In this document: piece by piece, positions 13,501-27,052 of the stretch
Layout: each line of letters opens with the position of its first letter
Numbering within the stretch: the stretch's first letter is position 1
NCBI GenBank assembly: GCA_024679065.1
Contig: JAGIQG010000006.1
Location: 78,988,001 to 79,052,000 of the forward strand
DNA: 64,000 nucleotides
Direction: 5' to 3'
Origin: Sphyrna mokarran
Taxonomy: Eukaryota
Made by a program: the position numbers and the translations under genes
The notes under the pieces: model-generated
What the model was told of the DNA's origin: nothing
The model's database searches: none
The model's input: the letters and a program-made list of their open reading frames with translations, nothing else

Positions 13501-14478
13501 TTGTGTTTAGCTGGAGTAAAGTATTTCTCAAACTTGCCATTTCCTTATTAATGTCGTTCAGTCTTGATGTTGAATGTGGAATCAAGGAATAATTATGTTT
13601 GAAACTACCCATTCAGATCGGTCACATTCAATTTCCTCAGATGAGCTCAGTCAATCCAATTATAAATGGAAATGGAATTACAACACACAATTATTCATCT
13701 ACATACCTCTGTTTCCTACAGTTCAAAGAATATATTTTTTAAAAACTCCAGATTTCCAATCTTTTCCTTGTCTTCCTATGATTCCCAAGTTATCTACTTG
13801 TGGATTTGTATATTTAACGTATCGGACACCTTTTAATTTCTTTCACTACCAAATTACACAAATTCCTTTTCCAACATCCCACTGCTTCCACTACCCCTCT
13901 GTACCCGCATTCTCAGCCTATGATACTTCGACCTCACGGAAGTATCCCCAATCAGGTGACGCCTAATATTTTCTAATTATACCGAACATCACTCCAGTAA
14001 ATAAGTCTATTAAACAAATTTAAATTTATCATAACAAAAATATTTCAAATCATTGTGCTCTGTATGTTTAACTGCATTATTTTAGCCATTATCTTACTAA
14101 GGAGCGTTTTTGGTTCTAATAACTCTTTTGTCAAATTTGAAGCCCAAATTATATAACATATTTCAGGAGTTCTGCCACCAAGACATACAAAATTCTGGTA
14201 AGTTTGTTATATAGGTAAGGGTGTAATAAATCAAACAATAAAAAATACTTATTGATATTTTGTTGCAAATTCAGCAAATGACTAGAACAAGCAGGTTTGA
14301 TGAAGTTATTTTTCACAGTTAGTAAGTCCATGCATTCTAGTGAACTCAGGATGATTGATACACTAAATCTATACACATAGACAGTGAGTAGTCGAGTCTG
14401 ACTGCTTTTATAATCTGTATCCTTTAAATAACATCGCCATCTAATTGTCCTAAACCAACTTAATTGCATCTTCAATAA

Positions 14479-14608
14479 TTAAGCACTGGATGGTATTTGC
14501 TGAATAGGACTTTCAATTGGTACCACGGGTTTCTTTTTGTCATCTTCATGAAACGTTTGCATCAGCTTTTTTTTGCTTTCAAGTCTTTGGTTCCATTCCT
14601 TGATGAGT
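14479..14608 (-). CDS. FAM240A: FAM240 coding exon 2 (terminal)
   Basis: Acceptor TTCTACTTGCAG|; continues R-LIKEWNQRLES to TAA. Confidence 0.86.
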
Positions 14609-17600
14609 CTGCAAGTAGAACATATTACGCCACATTCAGTGTGTTGTATGTGCAGTAATCTTGATTGTTTTTCAATTATTTGAAAAAACCCTAATTCCCT
14701 TGTTCAGTAATAAAGGTATTTTATTTCTTAGTGTCACAAGTATGTTTAGATTAACACTGCAATGAGGTTACTGTGAAAATTTTCTAGTCGACACACACTG
14801 GTGCCTATTTGGGTACTCTGAGGGAGAATTTAACATGGCCAATGCACATAACCAACACGTCTTTCAAACCATGAGAGGAAACCCTCACAGATACAGGGAG
14901 AATGTGCAGACTCTGCACAGTGACCCAAGCCAAAAATCAAACCCGGGTCTCTGGTGTTGTGAGGAAGCAGCGCTAACCACTGTGCCACCGTCAATAAGAG
15001 TAAGACTGTGGGGTAATTTTAACTTTTGTCAATACTATGAAGCAGATGGCATTGGATTGGCCATCTATTACATAGATTTACACTCAGTAGAATGAAAAAT
15101 CAAAGGCAATATAACAGATGACTAATCTGACATTGTGTAAGGCACAACATTAGCCAAAGTTAGCATTATTTCTTCTGCACCTATTTTTCCTGCATTCATA
15201 TTTATCATTGGTTAAAAGGAATTGCCAAACATGTCATGAGCCGGTTGTGTTAGATTCAGTTCAGATGATTATTTTTCCTTCTCTTTCTTTTTCGCTTTAA
15301 GCTGACCCCTTGCCAGGCAATTGTCTGCTCCCAAACCTAGGAGTTGCCAAAATTATCATTGGATTTTTATCACCATTAGGGCAGGGATCACCTAGCTTAG
15401 CATTGGATGAATCTGGAATCTGAGTGATATGTTTAGAATAGTCACTGTATAACGCAGCAAAAATACCTGAGAAGATCAGACAGCTCACAATGCAAAGCTT
15501 GATTTACTGATGCTCTTGGTTTACTGTTGGATTCCTCCACTGAAGGCAATGAATGTTTTGCTTCTGTGAGCCTCATGCCTGTTTGACAGATCTAATTTTC
15601 AGTAGTCATAAGTAATGCATTTAACCTAAGTATCCAGAAAATGTTAAATGTAGTATACTTTATAGTTTTGATTAACTGTGTTCAAACTGAGATATGACAT
15701 TGTATCTACTAATTACTGAGAATCAGAAGAATTCTCAGGGTCCTGGGCATCAGGATTATTTGTGGTATCCCTTCTACATCGACAATAAAATCACTCGTTT
15801 CCCCTCCAGCTCTCTGGGTAGTTAGGACAGTCTTATTAGGATAGCAGAAACTACAAAAGGTTGTGAATGTAGCCTAATTCATCGCGCAAACAAGCCTCTT
15901 ATCCATTGATTCTGGCTACACTTTCCACTGCCTCACTAAAGTAGCCAGCACAATAAAAGATCCCACACACCCTGGACATACTTTCTTCCACCTTCTTCCA
16001 TCAAGAAAAAGATAGAAAAGTCTGAGGTCACATACCAACCAACTCAAGAACAGCTTCTTCCCTGCTGCTGTCAGACTTTTTAATGGACTTTACCTTGCAT
16101 TAAGTTAATCTTTCTTCCCACCTAACTACGACTAACACTACATTCTGCACTCTCTCATTTCATTCTCCATGAATGGTATGTTTTGTCTGTATAGCATGCA
16201 AGAAACAATACTTTTACTGTATGTAATACATGTGACAATAATAAATCAAATCTCTTGTGGACTTGCGAAGGATAGTCACAGGCTGCCGTTTATCCTCATT
16301 GATATATTTTTCTGTTACCTCTAAGTCAACCTCCACCCAACCCTCCCCCCCTCCATTAGTTTAAAGCCAGTTTTGCCCACTCTGACAATATTTGCTCATG
16401 TGCTCTTATGTTTGTATGCCCAGTCTCTTCCTGTTTCCAATATCCGTACCACTATTGCTTTGTCCTTTATCTTTAAATTTCCACATCTTGCCTCATGTGA
16501 GTGCCTCCTACACCAGTATTTAATTGAAAACCCTCTCTACAATTCTTCTTATATTTTTCATCAGGACATTGGTTCCATCCTAGTTCAGGTGAAGTCGATG
16601 GTATAGCTCCCTCTTTCCCCAGTATTGATGCTAATGCCTCATGAATTGAAACCCATTTTCCACCACACCAATCTTTGAGCCATATATTCAAATCTTTGAT
16701 ATTATTCATCCTATGCCAAATTGCTTGTGGTTCAGGAAGTAATCCAGAGATTATTACCTTTATGGTTTTGTTTTATAATTTAGCCCCAAGTTGCTCATAT
16801 TTCCTCAACAGAACCTTTAACTTATGTCTATCCATGTTGTTGATACCCAAATGAATCACAAGAACTGGATCCTTTCCCTCCCCTCTCCAGCCCCTAGGGG
16901 ATGTCCTTAATCTGGCATTGGGCAGGCCTTTGAGATTGAATCCCTCAGCTGCCAACTGCCAACTAAGCCCTTTGCTATACTCTCTTCTATTACAACTATA
17001 TATTTTTTTACTTTGCTACTTAAATGGCTTCATTACCGTGGTGCTGTGGACAATTCGCTTATCCTCCCTGCTGTCTCTGTTCTTGTCCAAGCTGCAGGAA
17101 CATTGAACCTTTACCCAAGGAATCAGGTAGGCTCTCTAGGCCTGCCTGGAGCACTTGCCCCTGGTCTGTCACTGGGATGCCACTGTCAGGCGGTTAAACT
17201 GTCCTCTACCAACTTTGGAAGCCTGCAGAGACTTGTGGAAAACTTTGGTCGCAATTGCCCTTTCAGTAATCTCAATAGGCTCTTCGTGAGTATCTGCCAC
17301 ATGCAAGCAAGAATCTTGTCTCTCACACGCAACCACTCCCCCATCAAATCCTTTTCTGGAAATAGACCCGTGGGCAGGATGGAGCCAGGGAACTATTTTT
17401 ACTACCCATCCACCTCTAAACCCAACTCTTAGTGGTGATTCAAAATCAAGTCAAGGTGTCAATAAGTAATCCTCATTCAGAAATCATTGAATCGGTTGTC
17501 TTCTTTTTAGCCTGAGAACATTGAAACCACTTACTGTAGCTTTCAGCTTATACACACTGAAAATTGAACATGACAAGCATAATGCTGAATTTCTTGTGTT

Positions 17601-20600
17601 GTTATGAAGGTCTCAGTTGACCATTATACTGATAGTATCTGAGCCAACACGTCATAAATAGGACCCAGCTGCCAGGAAAGTGGAAAAACCACTGCACAGA
17701 TATAAGATTTCGATTAACTTGTAGGGAGCGTACTCTACACTCTGTCTAACGGATGATGAGATAATGGATATGAGCAGGATTTATAGTTAACTCCTTAAAA
17801 TTACCCTTGGCAAGGAATGAGGAAAATGATAACAACTTAAAGATCAGTGTCAAAATCCACCAACCTCAAAATCCAGGATAAAGACCTCCCCACAATACTC
17901 TTTCATCGCCCTCCAGCTGCAATGGAATTTGTTGGCTTTTTTCTCCAAGTTTCCCAGTGTGTGTTTCGGAATTAGTCTTTAATTGGCTGAGTGGGGTTCA
18001 AAGGTCATTTTCTTCTGTCAATTGCAATACCAATTAGAGTTTGATGAGTGATATTGTTATGTCATAGATATGCCCACAGAGTGATGCGCTAATGCTCTAA
18101 GGATTGAATTTATTTTCATTCTTCTATCTCATGGTGACCATCTGATTTTTTTCAAACCATTCTATAAGGGCCGTACCGTAGCCAACTATTAGAAAGTGAG
18201 CAAGCAATCCAGATTGATTCCCATTAACTTTGTTCTTGGATTATTAATAACTGAAAAAAAAAGCAGTTTGGAGAAATACTGGCATGAATCCCCATTTTAT
18301 GATCCAGGGTGCATAAAACAGACAAATTAGATGAAAAGTATCATTGCTATTTGCTGATCCAATAGAACATGTCCAATCATTTTCCATTATCCTTTCAACA
18401 AAGTGTGGGACAAAACTAGTCACAGCTGGCTGAGTAGCTGTTCAGATTGGATTTTGCTTTTACACTGGAGACTAAAGTCTCAAGTTCGGTGTCAAATCTA
18501 GAGCAACCATAAAACTTCAAGACCATTAAGAAATTATGAATGCTTTCAGCCAAAGGACTATTCAAGATCAGTTACACCATTATCAATGAACTACATTGCA
18601 TGGGTTATATCATTATCGCTAAGGTAGAGTTTTCCAGTTCTATTAACAGAGGAAATTGTGATGGATAGGGACACTTAATTTGACTGGAAGCAAAAATTTT
18701 TTTTTTCCCTTGGCAGGATATGGAATTTTGTTCACCCAGCTTTCAAATGTATTAGCATTTCATGCTTGCTATCTCATCAAACTCAAGTTTGTCTTCCAAA
18801 TTAAGTGCCCTCCAGCAAGAATTCTTAACGTTCAGTTACATGACTGTATACAAGTGGTCTACACGGGGCAAGCTTCACTTCTTTTTGAGATCAGCAAATG
18901 TGTTTTTCATCTTCTTGGGGATCTCACATAACTTCATTCTTACAGGATGGCAGTACCTAAAATTACACCAAGGCTGGAAAAAGGAGACAAGTAAAGACTG
19001 AGGTTGAGGAGATTGGAGAGATGGAGCAAAAGCGGGACAAGGGAAGCTGGCTGAGTGGGAAGGGATAGAAGGAAGAGTGTCCAGGGAGGGGTGTGAGAGA
19101 GTGTCTGGTCTGGTTTGGTCTAGTCTGGTCTTAGAAGGTGAGGTCAGTATTATCAAATGGAGATTCCTGGGGGTTGAACTCAGAGTACTGGTGATAGGAT
19201 GGAACAGTGATAGTAAAAAGGGGTAATGGGAAGAGGTAAGGTGAAGGATGAAGGTTTCATGGAGGTGGGCACAGGGTGGTGGTCAGAATGGGAGATTTGA
19301 CAGGTTGTTCAGATAACATAAGGGGGCAGAATCAGGGTGGGGCATGGGGATGGTAATGGATGTTTGCTCAGAGAAGACACGTGGTGTCATAGAGGTTTAC
19401 AGCATGGAAATAGGCTCTTCGGCCCAACTTGTTCATGCTGCCCTTTTTTTAAAAAACCCTAAGCTAATCCCAATTGTCCATATTTGACCCACATGCCTCT
19501 ATATCCATGGTACCAATGTAACTATCTAAATACTTTTAAAAATATAAATTTGTACCCCCCTCTACTACCATCTCTGGCAGCTTGTTCCAGCTATTCAACA
19601 CCCTCTGTGAAAAAATTGCCCCTCTGGACACTTTTGTATCTCTCCCCTCTCACCTTAAACCTATGCCCTCTAGTTTTAAATTCCCTACCTTTGGGAAAAG
19701 ATATTGACTATCTACCTTGTCTATGAATTTCATTATTTTATAGATCTCTAAAGGTCACTCCTCAGCCTTCTAGGCTCCAGCAAAAAAAGTCCCAGTCTAT
19801 TCAGCTTCTCCTTATAACTCAACGCATGAAGTCCTGGTAGCATCCTAGTAAATCTTTTCTGCACTCTTTCTAATTTAATAATATCCTTTCTATAATAGAG
19901 ACCAGAATTGCTCACAGTATTCCAAGTCTGGCTTTACCAATGTCTTGGACAACTTCAACAAGACATCCTAACTCCTGTATTGAATGTTCTGACCAATGAA
20001 ATGTTCTGAGTGGTGAAGAAGGCCGAATGCGTTCTTTACCACTTTGTCATCTGTGACTCCACTTTCAAGGAGCTATGAACACGTACCCCCAGATCTCTTT
20101 GTTCTGTAACTCTCCCCAATGCCATACCGTTAACTGAGCAAGTTCTGTCCTTGTTCAATCTACTAAAATGCATCACCTCGCATTTGTCTAAATTAAACTC
20201 TGTCTGCCATTCATCAGCCCACTGGCCCAACTGATCAGAGATAATTGTCTTCACTGTCCACTATGCCACTAATCTTAGTGTCATCTGCAAACTTATTAAC
20301 CATGCCTTTTTTATTCTCATTCAAATCATTAATATAATTGACAAATAACAGAGGACCCAGCACCGATCCCTGTGGCACACTACTGGTCACAGGCTTCCAG
20401 TTTGAAAAACAACTCTCTACAACCATCCTCTGGCTTCTGTTAAGAAGCCAATTTTATATCCATTTAGATACCTCATCCTGGATCCCGTGAGATTTAACTT
20501 TATGCAACAACCTACCATACAGTACCTTGTCAAAGGCTTTGCTAAAATCCACGTAGACAACATTAACTGCACAGCCCTCATCTCCCTTCTCAGTTACCCC

Positions 20601-23345
20601 TTCAAAAAACTCAAATTTGTGAGACATGATTTTCCACTCAAAGTCATGCTGATTGTTCCTAATCAGTCGTTGTGACTCTAAATCCTGTCTCTCAAAATAC
20701 CTTCCAACAATTTATCCAACACAGATATGAAGCTCAACAGCCTGTAGTTCCCAGGCTGTTTCCTACAGCCCTTTTTAAACAAAGGTGGATTAAGATTGGA
20801 TCCAAAGTAACATAAGGAGGTTCATGAATGACAGAGAGGCGTGGAATGGTGTTATTGAGTGGGTTAAGGGCGATGGAAAATGGTTGGTGACAGGGGTAAG
20901 GAGGAAGAGAGTGCAGCGAGTTTGAAAGGTGACATTCACTATTTTTCAAATCTTTGACTTTAACCACATAGTTAGTGAGATCACTCAAAGTGGGGAGGAT
21001 GATTTTTTGGGTGGATGGAGTTCAGGATCAACACAACTGGCTGACTAAAGGGACACCACAAACAGTGAGGCAAATGGATTGTCTTCTCCTCTGAATTGTC
21101 TTCTCCTCTCTATGGTGAAATCCAGATGGCTGCAGGCTTGTTTCTGACTCATGAGACTCATAACATTGAAATCCCAGCAAGGTGTGGAGCTCCTGTTTGT
21201 TCTCTACTATTTGCCATCGGCTGCAGTCAGGGACAGCTTGAAGGGAGATAAGAAAATGGATGCCTCCAACAGGCCTGGCTGGTGGAGGGAAACCAACTCA
21301 GCTCCAAACCATCATCCTCCTGTGTAAATGGTCATGGCTGATGAGGGTCCATACAACTCGATTTTGGTCACTATGAAGTGTTAAGAGTAGTGGAGACAAG
21401 CATATGTCAAAGGAAAACTTCTCACATCTGGTTCATCATATGCTCAAAGAGCAATATCTCCATAAGTATTTACATGTCGGAATTGGAGGAACACTCATCT
21501 CTGCTCCTTCACCTGGAAGGAGTGGGGTGCAGGATATAATGTCTACAATGAGGTCAGATGAAGGGCTAAGCACTGGCCTGCTGGATTTAAGATGGAAGGA
21601 AACTAAATATATCATTTCAATTTCTTTAACTTGTTCACACATCCACTGAAGCGTCAATGATGCAGCTGCAGGAAACCCTACCTTGATAATGGCACTTATC
21701 CAGATTAGGAAGAGGGCCCATTGCCAGTTGGCACAGGACCAGGAGGAACAAGGTCCTGTGAGAAAGATGCAACAGGAGTTCAAGAAGGACTTCAAGATGC
21801 TGGCATGTATGGACCTCTGCAATGGCGAGCATTGGCTCAACCATAGGTTAATCTCAGGTGGTGTCCTTATCTAGAGATGTGTAAAAGGCAATGCTGGAGG
21901 TGCCCTTGTATGTCTCAGGATGTGGTTGCTTACATCTGCCAGTTTCTCCAGTACAGCCTGTAGCCACAGGGTTCAGGGGGAGTAATGTGAAACCCCTGGC
22001 CAGCATTGAGTTAATGACAATCTAGGCAGCATTTAAATGTGACAAAACAACGGGCAGGTAACTTCCTACCAGTTGTGCCATGTGATTCACGCACCTCCTT
22101 GTGGATGCATAATTAATGAGCTGGACAGCAGAAGATTGCACATGTTCAAGCCTATTGTCACTCATTGGGAATTACGCTGAGTTCCCAGCCTACCATCAGA
22201 CTCCATAATGTAAGATTCTGCCCTAGATAACCAGAATTGCAGAACCGTGCTGCCTACTTTAAATTTTCTTTATGAAACATAGTGTGGTAACATGGCACAT
22301 TATATTTCTGTACCACCTGCTCCTCGATTTTATTCACTACTGTCCTGATAGTATTGGCTTAAGCTGGAGCATGAGCCTACATGTAATCACAGCCCTTAAT
22401 ACCCAGTTGAGCGTATGTGACAGCTTTCCCCATTCCTACACATACACATATTCAATGAATTAGATGCATCCCATAGAAGAAAACCAGATCTGTGTGTATT
22501 GGGTAGAGGGCTATAATAAATGCCTGGAAGAAAATGCATCAGATTTTATTTTGTGTGGACACAATAAATCAGCTAAGCAATTCTATTTGATACACTTTCA
22601 TTCCCATCTATCCCAAAACAGTCATTGCACCTGTAATAATACTTTCTTTTCCTTCCCCAGACCTGTTTGTGCCTGTACGGCAGAATTGCTCCCATGTTTA
22701 CAGTCAAAAGAATTGATCCAATAAATAATTGATCAACTCAGAAACTAAATGAAATTATCTGTAAAAAAACATATCAACTTTGCTGCCACCAACCCACCCA
22801 CCGACTTCATACAATGTATTTTTGTAGTGGTAAGATCAGTATGAAACATAATGGGGGTGATTTTCTCCCACTTGTCCACATAACTTCAGTAGAAATGCTT
22901 CTTTTGCATTATTTCAGTGCTAATGCAGCTCTTCTGCCAAAGCTACAGAGCAGGTGAATGCAAGAGTCACTGCAGAAATTCATCCCGATTGATAACATTA
23001 ATCATCAATCCAATGAACTTTACTGTGACGTTCTGTGCACTATTTTCTTGATTATTTCCAATAAGTTATTGCAAAATGTAAGCTGGTTCATAAAATTTAA
23101 GCCAGAAATGCGATGTTCTTAGCAAAATGACTTTTACAACATCAACCCCAAGCTGTCTGTTGAATTACAATTTATTTGCAAAATACTCAAACAACGCACC
23201 GATTTAGGGCACTCTTATTCAATCTCATCCTTTCCTGCTCCAGCCACTCCGTCTGCTTCTCAATTCTCTTCTCCCAGATAGCTTTCAGGTCATACTGGGG
23301 GCCAGCTGCTCTCTCCCGGCTGGACGAATAAGATAAGTTGTCCAT
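14479..23345 (-). CDS. FAM240A: FAM240-family small protein, join(23345-23200,14608-14479), 91 aa
   Basis: MDNLSYSSSRERAAGPQYDLKAIWEKRIEKQTEWLEQERMRLNKSALNRLIKEWNQRLESKKKLMQTFHEDDKKKPVVPIESPIQQIPSSA*. Shows the FAM240 signature WE-x-x-I ... SAL-x-x-L-x-x-x-W-x-x-RLE across a phase-2 GT-AG intron. The paralogue label A comes from its position downstream of TDGF1 (recalled human synteny), so A vs B/C is not certain. Confidence 0.88.
14712..14990 (-). mobile_element. HE1/V-SINE-type SINE
   Basis: Same subfamily as 10240-10537; lies in the FAM240 intron. Confidence 0.85.
15838..16252 (+). mobile_element. Rex1/Babar-clade LINE 3' end
   Basis: Decayed IIKDPTHPGH..F.LLPS.....RS...T..LKNSFFP.AVRL motif and GTGACAATAATAAATCAAATC tail. 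Confidence 0.75.
16255..17000 (-). mobile_element. CR1 LINE ORF1 (SGNH/GDSL esterase-like) remnant
   Basis: ORFs 16773-16955 (GEGKDPVLVIHLGINN..YEQLGAKL) and 16473-16709 (LNIWLKDWCG). Confidence 0.8.
18995..19385 (-). mobile_element. Old L2-like LINE fragment (appears to continue at about 20785-21050, beyond a CR1 insertion)
   Basis: Purine-rich decayed sequence typical of the L2 ORF2 minus strand on both sides of the CR1. Confidence 0.45.
19388..20783 (-). mobile_element. 5'-truncated CR1 (HER1-like) LINE, RT domain plus 3' end
   Basis: ORFs VPQGSVLGPLLFVNYINDL...KFADDTK and WADEWQTEFNLDKCEVMHF; 3' tail resembles the SINE tails. Confidence 0.93.
21100..22222. mobile_element. Decayed Harbinger-like element
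   Basis: Ends in the TIR-like AAGATTCTGCCC; internal sequence resembles other decayed Harbinger pieces. Confidence 0.4.
23200..23345 (-). CDS. FAM240A: FAM240 coding exon 1
   Basis: Acceptor TTTCTTCTAG| at 23348, ATG 3 nt into the exon, donor TCG|GTGCGT. Confidence 0.88.
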
Positions 23346-25323
23346 TTCCTAGAAGAAATAAATAGACGGTGACTGGAGGTCATAATGCTGTGCTTTTCCA
23401 TTAGTTTTACAGCGAGAACTTCTGGTTTCCTCAGGGTTCAGCTAATACAGTTATGGTAACTTTCTACCTTTTTGATGCCCACATGCATCGGTTTACAAAA
23501 TCATACACTGGAAATGGCTCCTTTTTTTGCAACAAAAATCTGGGCATCACTCCTTGATATTAAAAGCTCCTTTAAAATTCCATTAAATTTCAATCTTGAA
23601 ACAGACTATAATATAGGCAGATGTGAAAAAATAATGTATTAGTTTTCCCTGAGGGTGTACGGTTCTGCAAGTGAAGTGAACTTGGATTTTTTTTTTGCTG
23701 TTTTTGTTTACTTGCCTCTTGTGCTTTTGCACAGTGCTTTCTTTTTGCTTGCTCTCACCATTCGAGATGCACAGCCATGTCACAAAATGGCAGAAAATCC
23801 AGAGGAAAGAAATCCTCTTATAGCCATGTTTTTGTACCTTCAATGAAGATTGCAGAATAAACCTCTTGATTCCTCAATATCCATTTACAGAATTACTACC
23901 CAATTAATTACCCTGCAAACCACTGCCTTCCTCATCTCTCCAACCCCCAGCTCCTAGTGTACACGAGTAGAAAATCTCCTTGTTGCTTTTAGATTCCAAT
24001 GCTTCTGTCACTTGAAAATCAAGAAGTAATTTTTCTAATTTCATTCCTAATCCTTTGATTTTTTTTTCTATTTGCATTCCTTCACGAAGTATTCAGAAAT
24101 ATAATTTTTTCTGGAAAATGAAAATGATATGAAGAATATGAATTTCTGGAAAATTATCCCAGATATGAAAGATTTACTTGCAAACTCCGCTCTCGACGCC
24201 TGGTTGTCCTAGTCCTGAAGGTGTTGATTTCCTACTGGGATAAATTCCACAGTCAATCTAAAGTACCAATTATCTGAATAGATATTCTTTAAGGGCAACA
24301 CAAAATAGCAGAAGGTACATCACAATCTACCCCAATCCTGTCTTCACCTGGATGTTCACATATACATCCCCAGTAGTTGGATACCAATCAGGAATAGGAA
24401 CATTTGTCATTTTATTTCTTCACTTATTGACAGGCCAATAAGGACAATTCTGGTATTACCAGCTGCTAAGATCTGCTAAGGCAGCAGAGATGAGGGAATA
24501 AACCTGGACCCCTATTGGTCTGAGTCTTAGCCAACTGAACCGTTAGAAGAATAATTACAATTTAAGATTGTAGTTAATATCACCTCATCCTTTGCAAACA
24601 TAGTGCGAATATAGAGTTGATTTGTTAAACGAACACCTGTTTTAAAATTTTTACTCTGGCTCCCTGAGTATCCCATAAAAGTTGAACACTGCTTTAATCT
24701 TGTACTTGAAATACTGATATGTTCATTTACAGATAATGCTACTTACAAGTACTATCACATCATCAGTATAAATTAAAACTGTTACGCCTTCATAACCAAA
24801 TTAAGTTATAGATCAGAAGCATGGTATATTTCAGTCAACCTTTGTTTTAAACTTTGAATTTGTACCATACTCAATTTGGCAATAAACCTGAACTGAAAAC
24901 AAGTGTTAAATCTTTAAACATTTGACAAGATTGATGAAATGAATGTATAATTTTGGAACATATCTCACTGAATTATTTCATGTAGCAATAGCTCGGCAAG
25001 TTGAAACTCAGTCTCGTGACATGATTTATTGTACATAGTTCCTAGAACTTTGATGGATCTGATACGCTGAAAGATTAGTTTAAATCAGGATAGGCTTCCA
25101 GCTGAGAATATTTGGCAGTCATATCCAACATTCGCGCTTAACAGTAGCGCATTTATTCAACAATCTCCTTGCATCATACAAACTCAGTCAATGCAAATGG
25201 ATTGGAAACACTATAAATACTTAACGACACACAGACACAATTGTGAAGCACAGTAATCTCGGAGAGGAATTTTGCATCAAGAAGGTTAACTCAACATCAG
25301 AAATTACAGTAACATTTTCTTAC

Positions 25324-25500
25324 CAGAAGTGGATTTTTCTGTTTGCTCTGGCAAAGTGGTTGTGCCTCAAACCGTGATGCCTATCTGTTTAGGGACGTAA
25401 CCAGTGTGACTAGTAGTAAGCCTGCACAAGCAACATTTCTTTTTGTTGGGTCTCCGCCTTGTTTATAAGCGAGCTGGTGACAAGTCTATTTTGAATACAG
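25324..25500 (-). promoter_or_regulatory. Candidate FAM240 core promoter and non-coding first exon
   Basis: Minus-strand TATAAA (25467-25462) and donor CTG|GTAAGA at 25324/25323 in repeat-free sequence about 2 kb upstream of the acceptor that precedes the ATG. Confidence 0.45.
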
Positions 25501-26141
25501 ATCTTGGATCAGGGGGCTTGTATCATTCCATGCATTTTGTAGCATAGTATGCATGATGGCATTATAGACTGTGAGCTCCAGAAGCATCATCCAAGGAGCT
25601 GGATAGTCGCTGGCAGGTGTCATTAGCTGCCTGCAAGCCAATCATAACTTGGCAGAGATGAAATGGATATTTCTTTGAAAAGCACATCATTCACTTCAGT
25701 GCAGCTTTCAGGAGTCTTGCTTAATTTACTTTTGGTCTAACAGGAACTACAAGTGTGAAATAGCTGCTGTAACAATTCATGATGCAGTATCACATTACCT
25801 GGAAATTGGCACAGAAAATACATCTGATTCTTGACTTGTGATATAGTCAAGTAAGACTTCAGAATTTAACTATTAAATGTCACAGGGTCACTCATTAAAG
25901 CATCCTTCCACGTGTCAAATTCTGTTGTAGATTTAAATGCTCTGGTTGATTTGTAGCTATCATTTTAGATCTTATGTTTCTGTCACCGTCATTTAAGTGA
26001 AACGAAACATGGCAAGAAAATTTGGTTTACAATGTTACTGTCTTATAAGAAACGCAAGCAATATTTTCAAATATTCAAAACCATGTTTCATGTAAATGAA
26101 TAATAATGCAGAATTTGCTTTCATTCCTTCTCCAAATACAA

Positions 26142-26267
26142 GGTGGGATTTTCCAGTTAGGTTTAGCACAAGGCTGGAAAATCCCGCTCAATGTCAATGG
26201 ACCTTTGCACGGTTTGTGTCCCACCAGCTACAATTCCTGTGGCGGGCAGGACAGTAAAATTCCACCC
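26142..26267. mobile_element. About 125-bp MITE with TIRs (related copies at about 54110-54225 and 60795-60905)
   Basis: GGTGGGATTTT ... AAAATTCCACC termini; shared internal GTCAATG and GCTACAATTCC blocks. Confidence 0.7.
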
Positions 26268-26756
26268 AGTGTTTCATGTTGGATATGTATCCACAGGCCA
26301 GAGTGGTCACTCAACTGAGAGTGACATGGTTAGCACAATGGTTAGCACTGCTGTTTCACAGCTCCAGGGGCCTAGGTTCAATTCCAGCCCCAGGTGATTA
26401 TGTGCAGAGTTTGTCAGCCCCGTATCACTGTTCATAAAGTCCAGGAATCCATATAACTTTTTAACCACTTTTCCCAAACTGCCCTACCATCTTCGATGAT
26501 TTATGTACATACTCTTAGGTCTCTCCATTCCTGCATATCCTTTATCTTACGTTGCCTCTCTTCATTCTTGCTACTAAAATATATCACTTTATTGTATTAA
26601 GTTCTGTTGTCAAGTGTTCACTCATTCCACCATATTGTCTATGTTTCCTTTTATGACATTTTCATGCAAGTCTTGACAGTGTTCTGGAAATATTTGACAA
26701 TGGAGGGTATCGCGCATACACATCCCTCTGTAGATATGCAGAGTTATAGAGCATGA

Positions 26757-27052
26757 GATCATAGAATCCCAACAGTGCAGAAGGAAGCCATTCAGCTCAT
26801 CAAGCCTGCACCAACAACAATCTGACCCAGGCCCTATCCTCATAACCCACATATTTACTCTGCTAATCCCCCTCTCACTATGGCCATGTTAAAATTGATC
26901 CTATCAACCTAACCTGAACATCTTTGGACTTTGGGAGGGAGCCCATGCAGACATATGGAGAACATGCAAGCTCCACTCTGACTGACCCAAGCAGGGAATT
27001 GAACATGGGTCCCTAGCTCTGTGAAGAAGCAGTGCTAACCACTGTGCCGCCC
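26757..27052 (-). mobile_element. HE1/V-SINE-type SINE
   Basis: Head, V-domain and CR1-like tail. Confidence 0.85.

Noticed and set aside
14473-14608. Alternative frame of FAM240 exon 2 with an internal TGA (KAKKS*CKRFMK...), suggesting selenocysteine
   Set aside because: Intron phase and the conserved EW..RLE motif fix the other frame; no SECIS recognised
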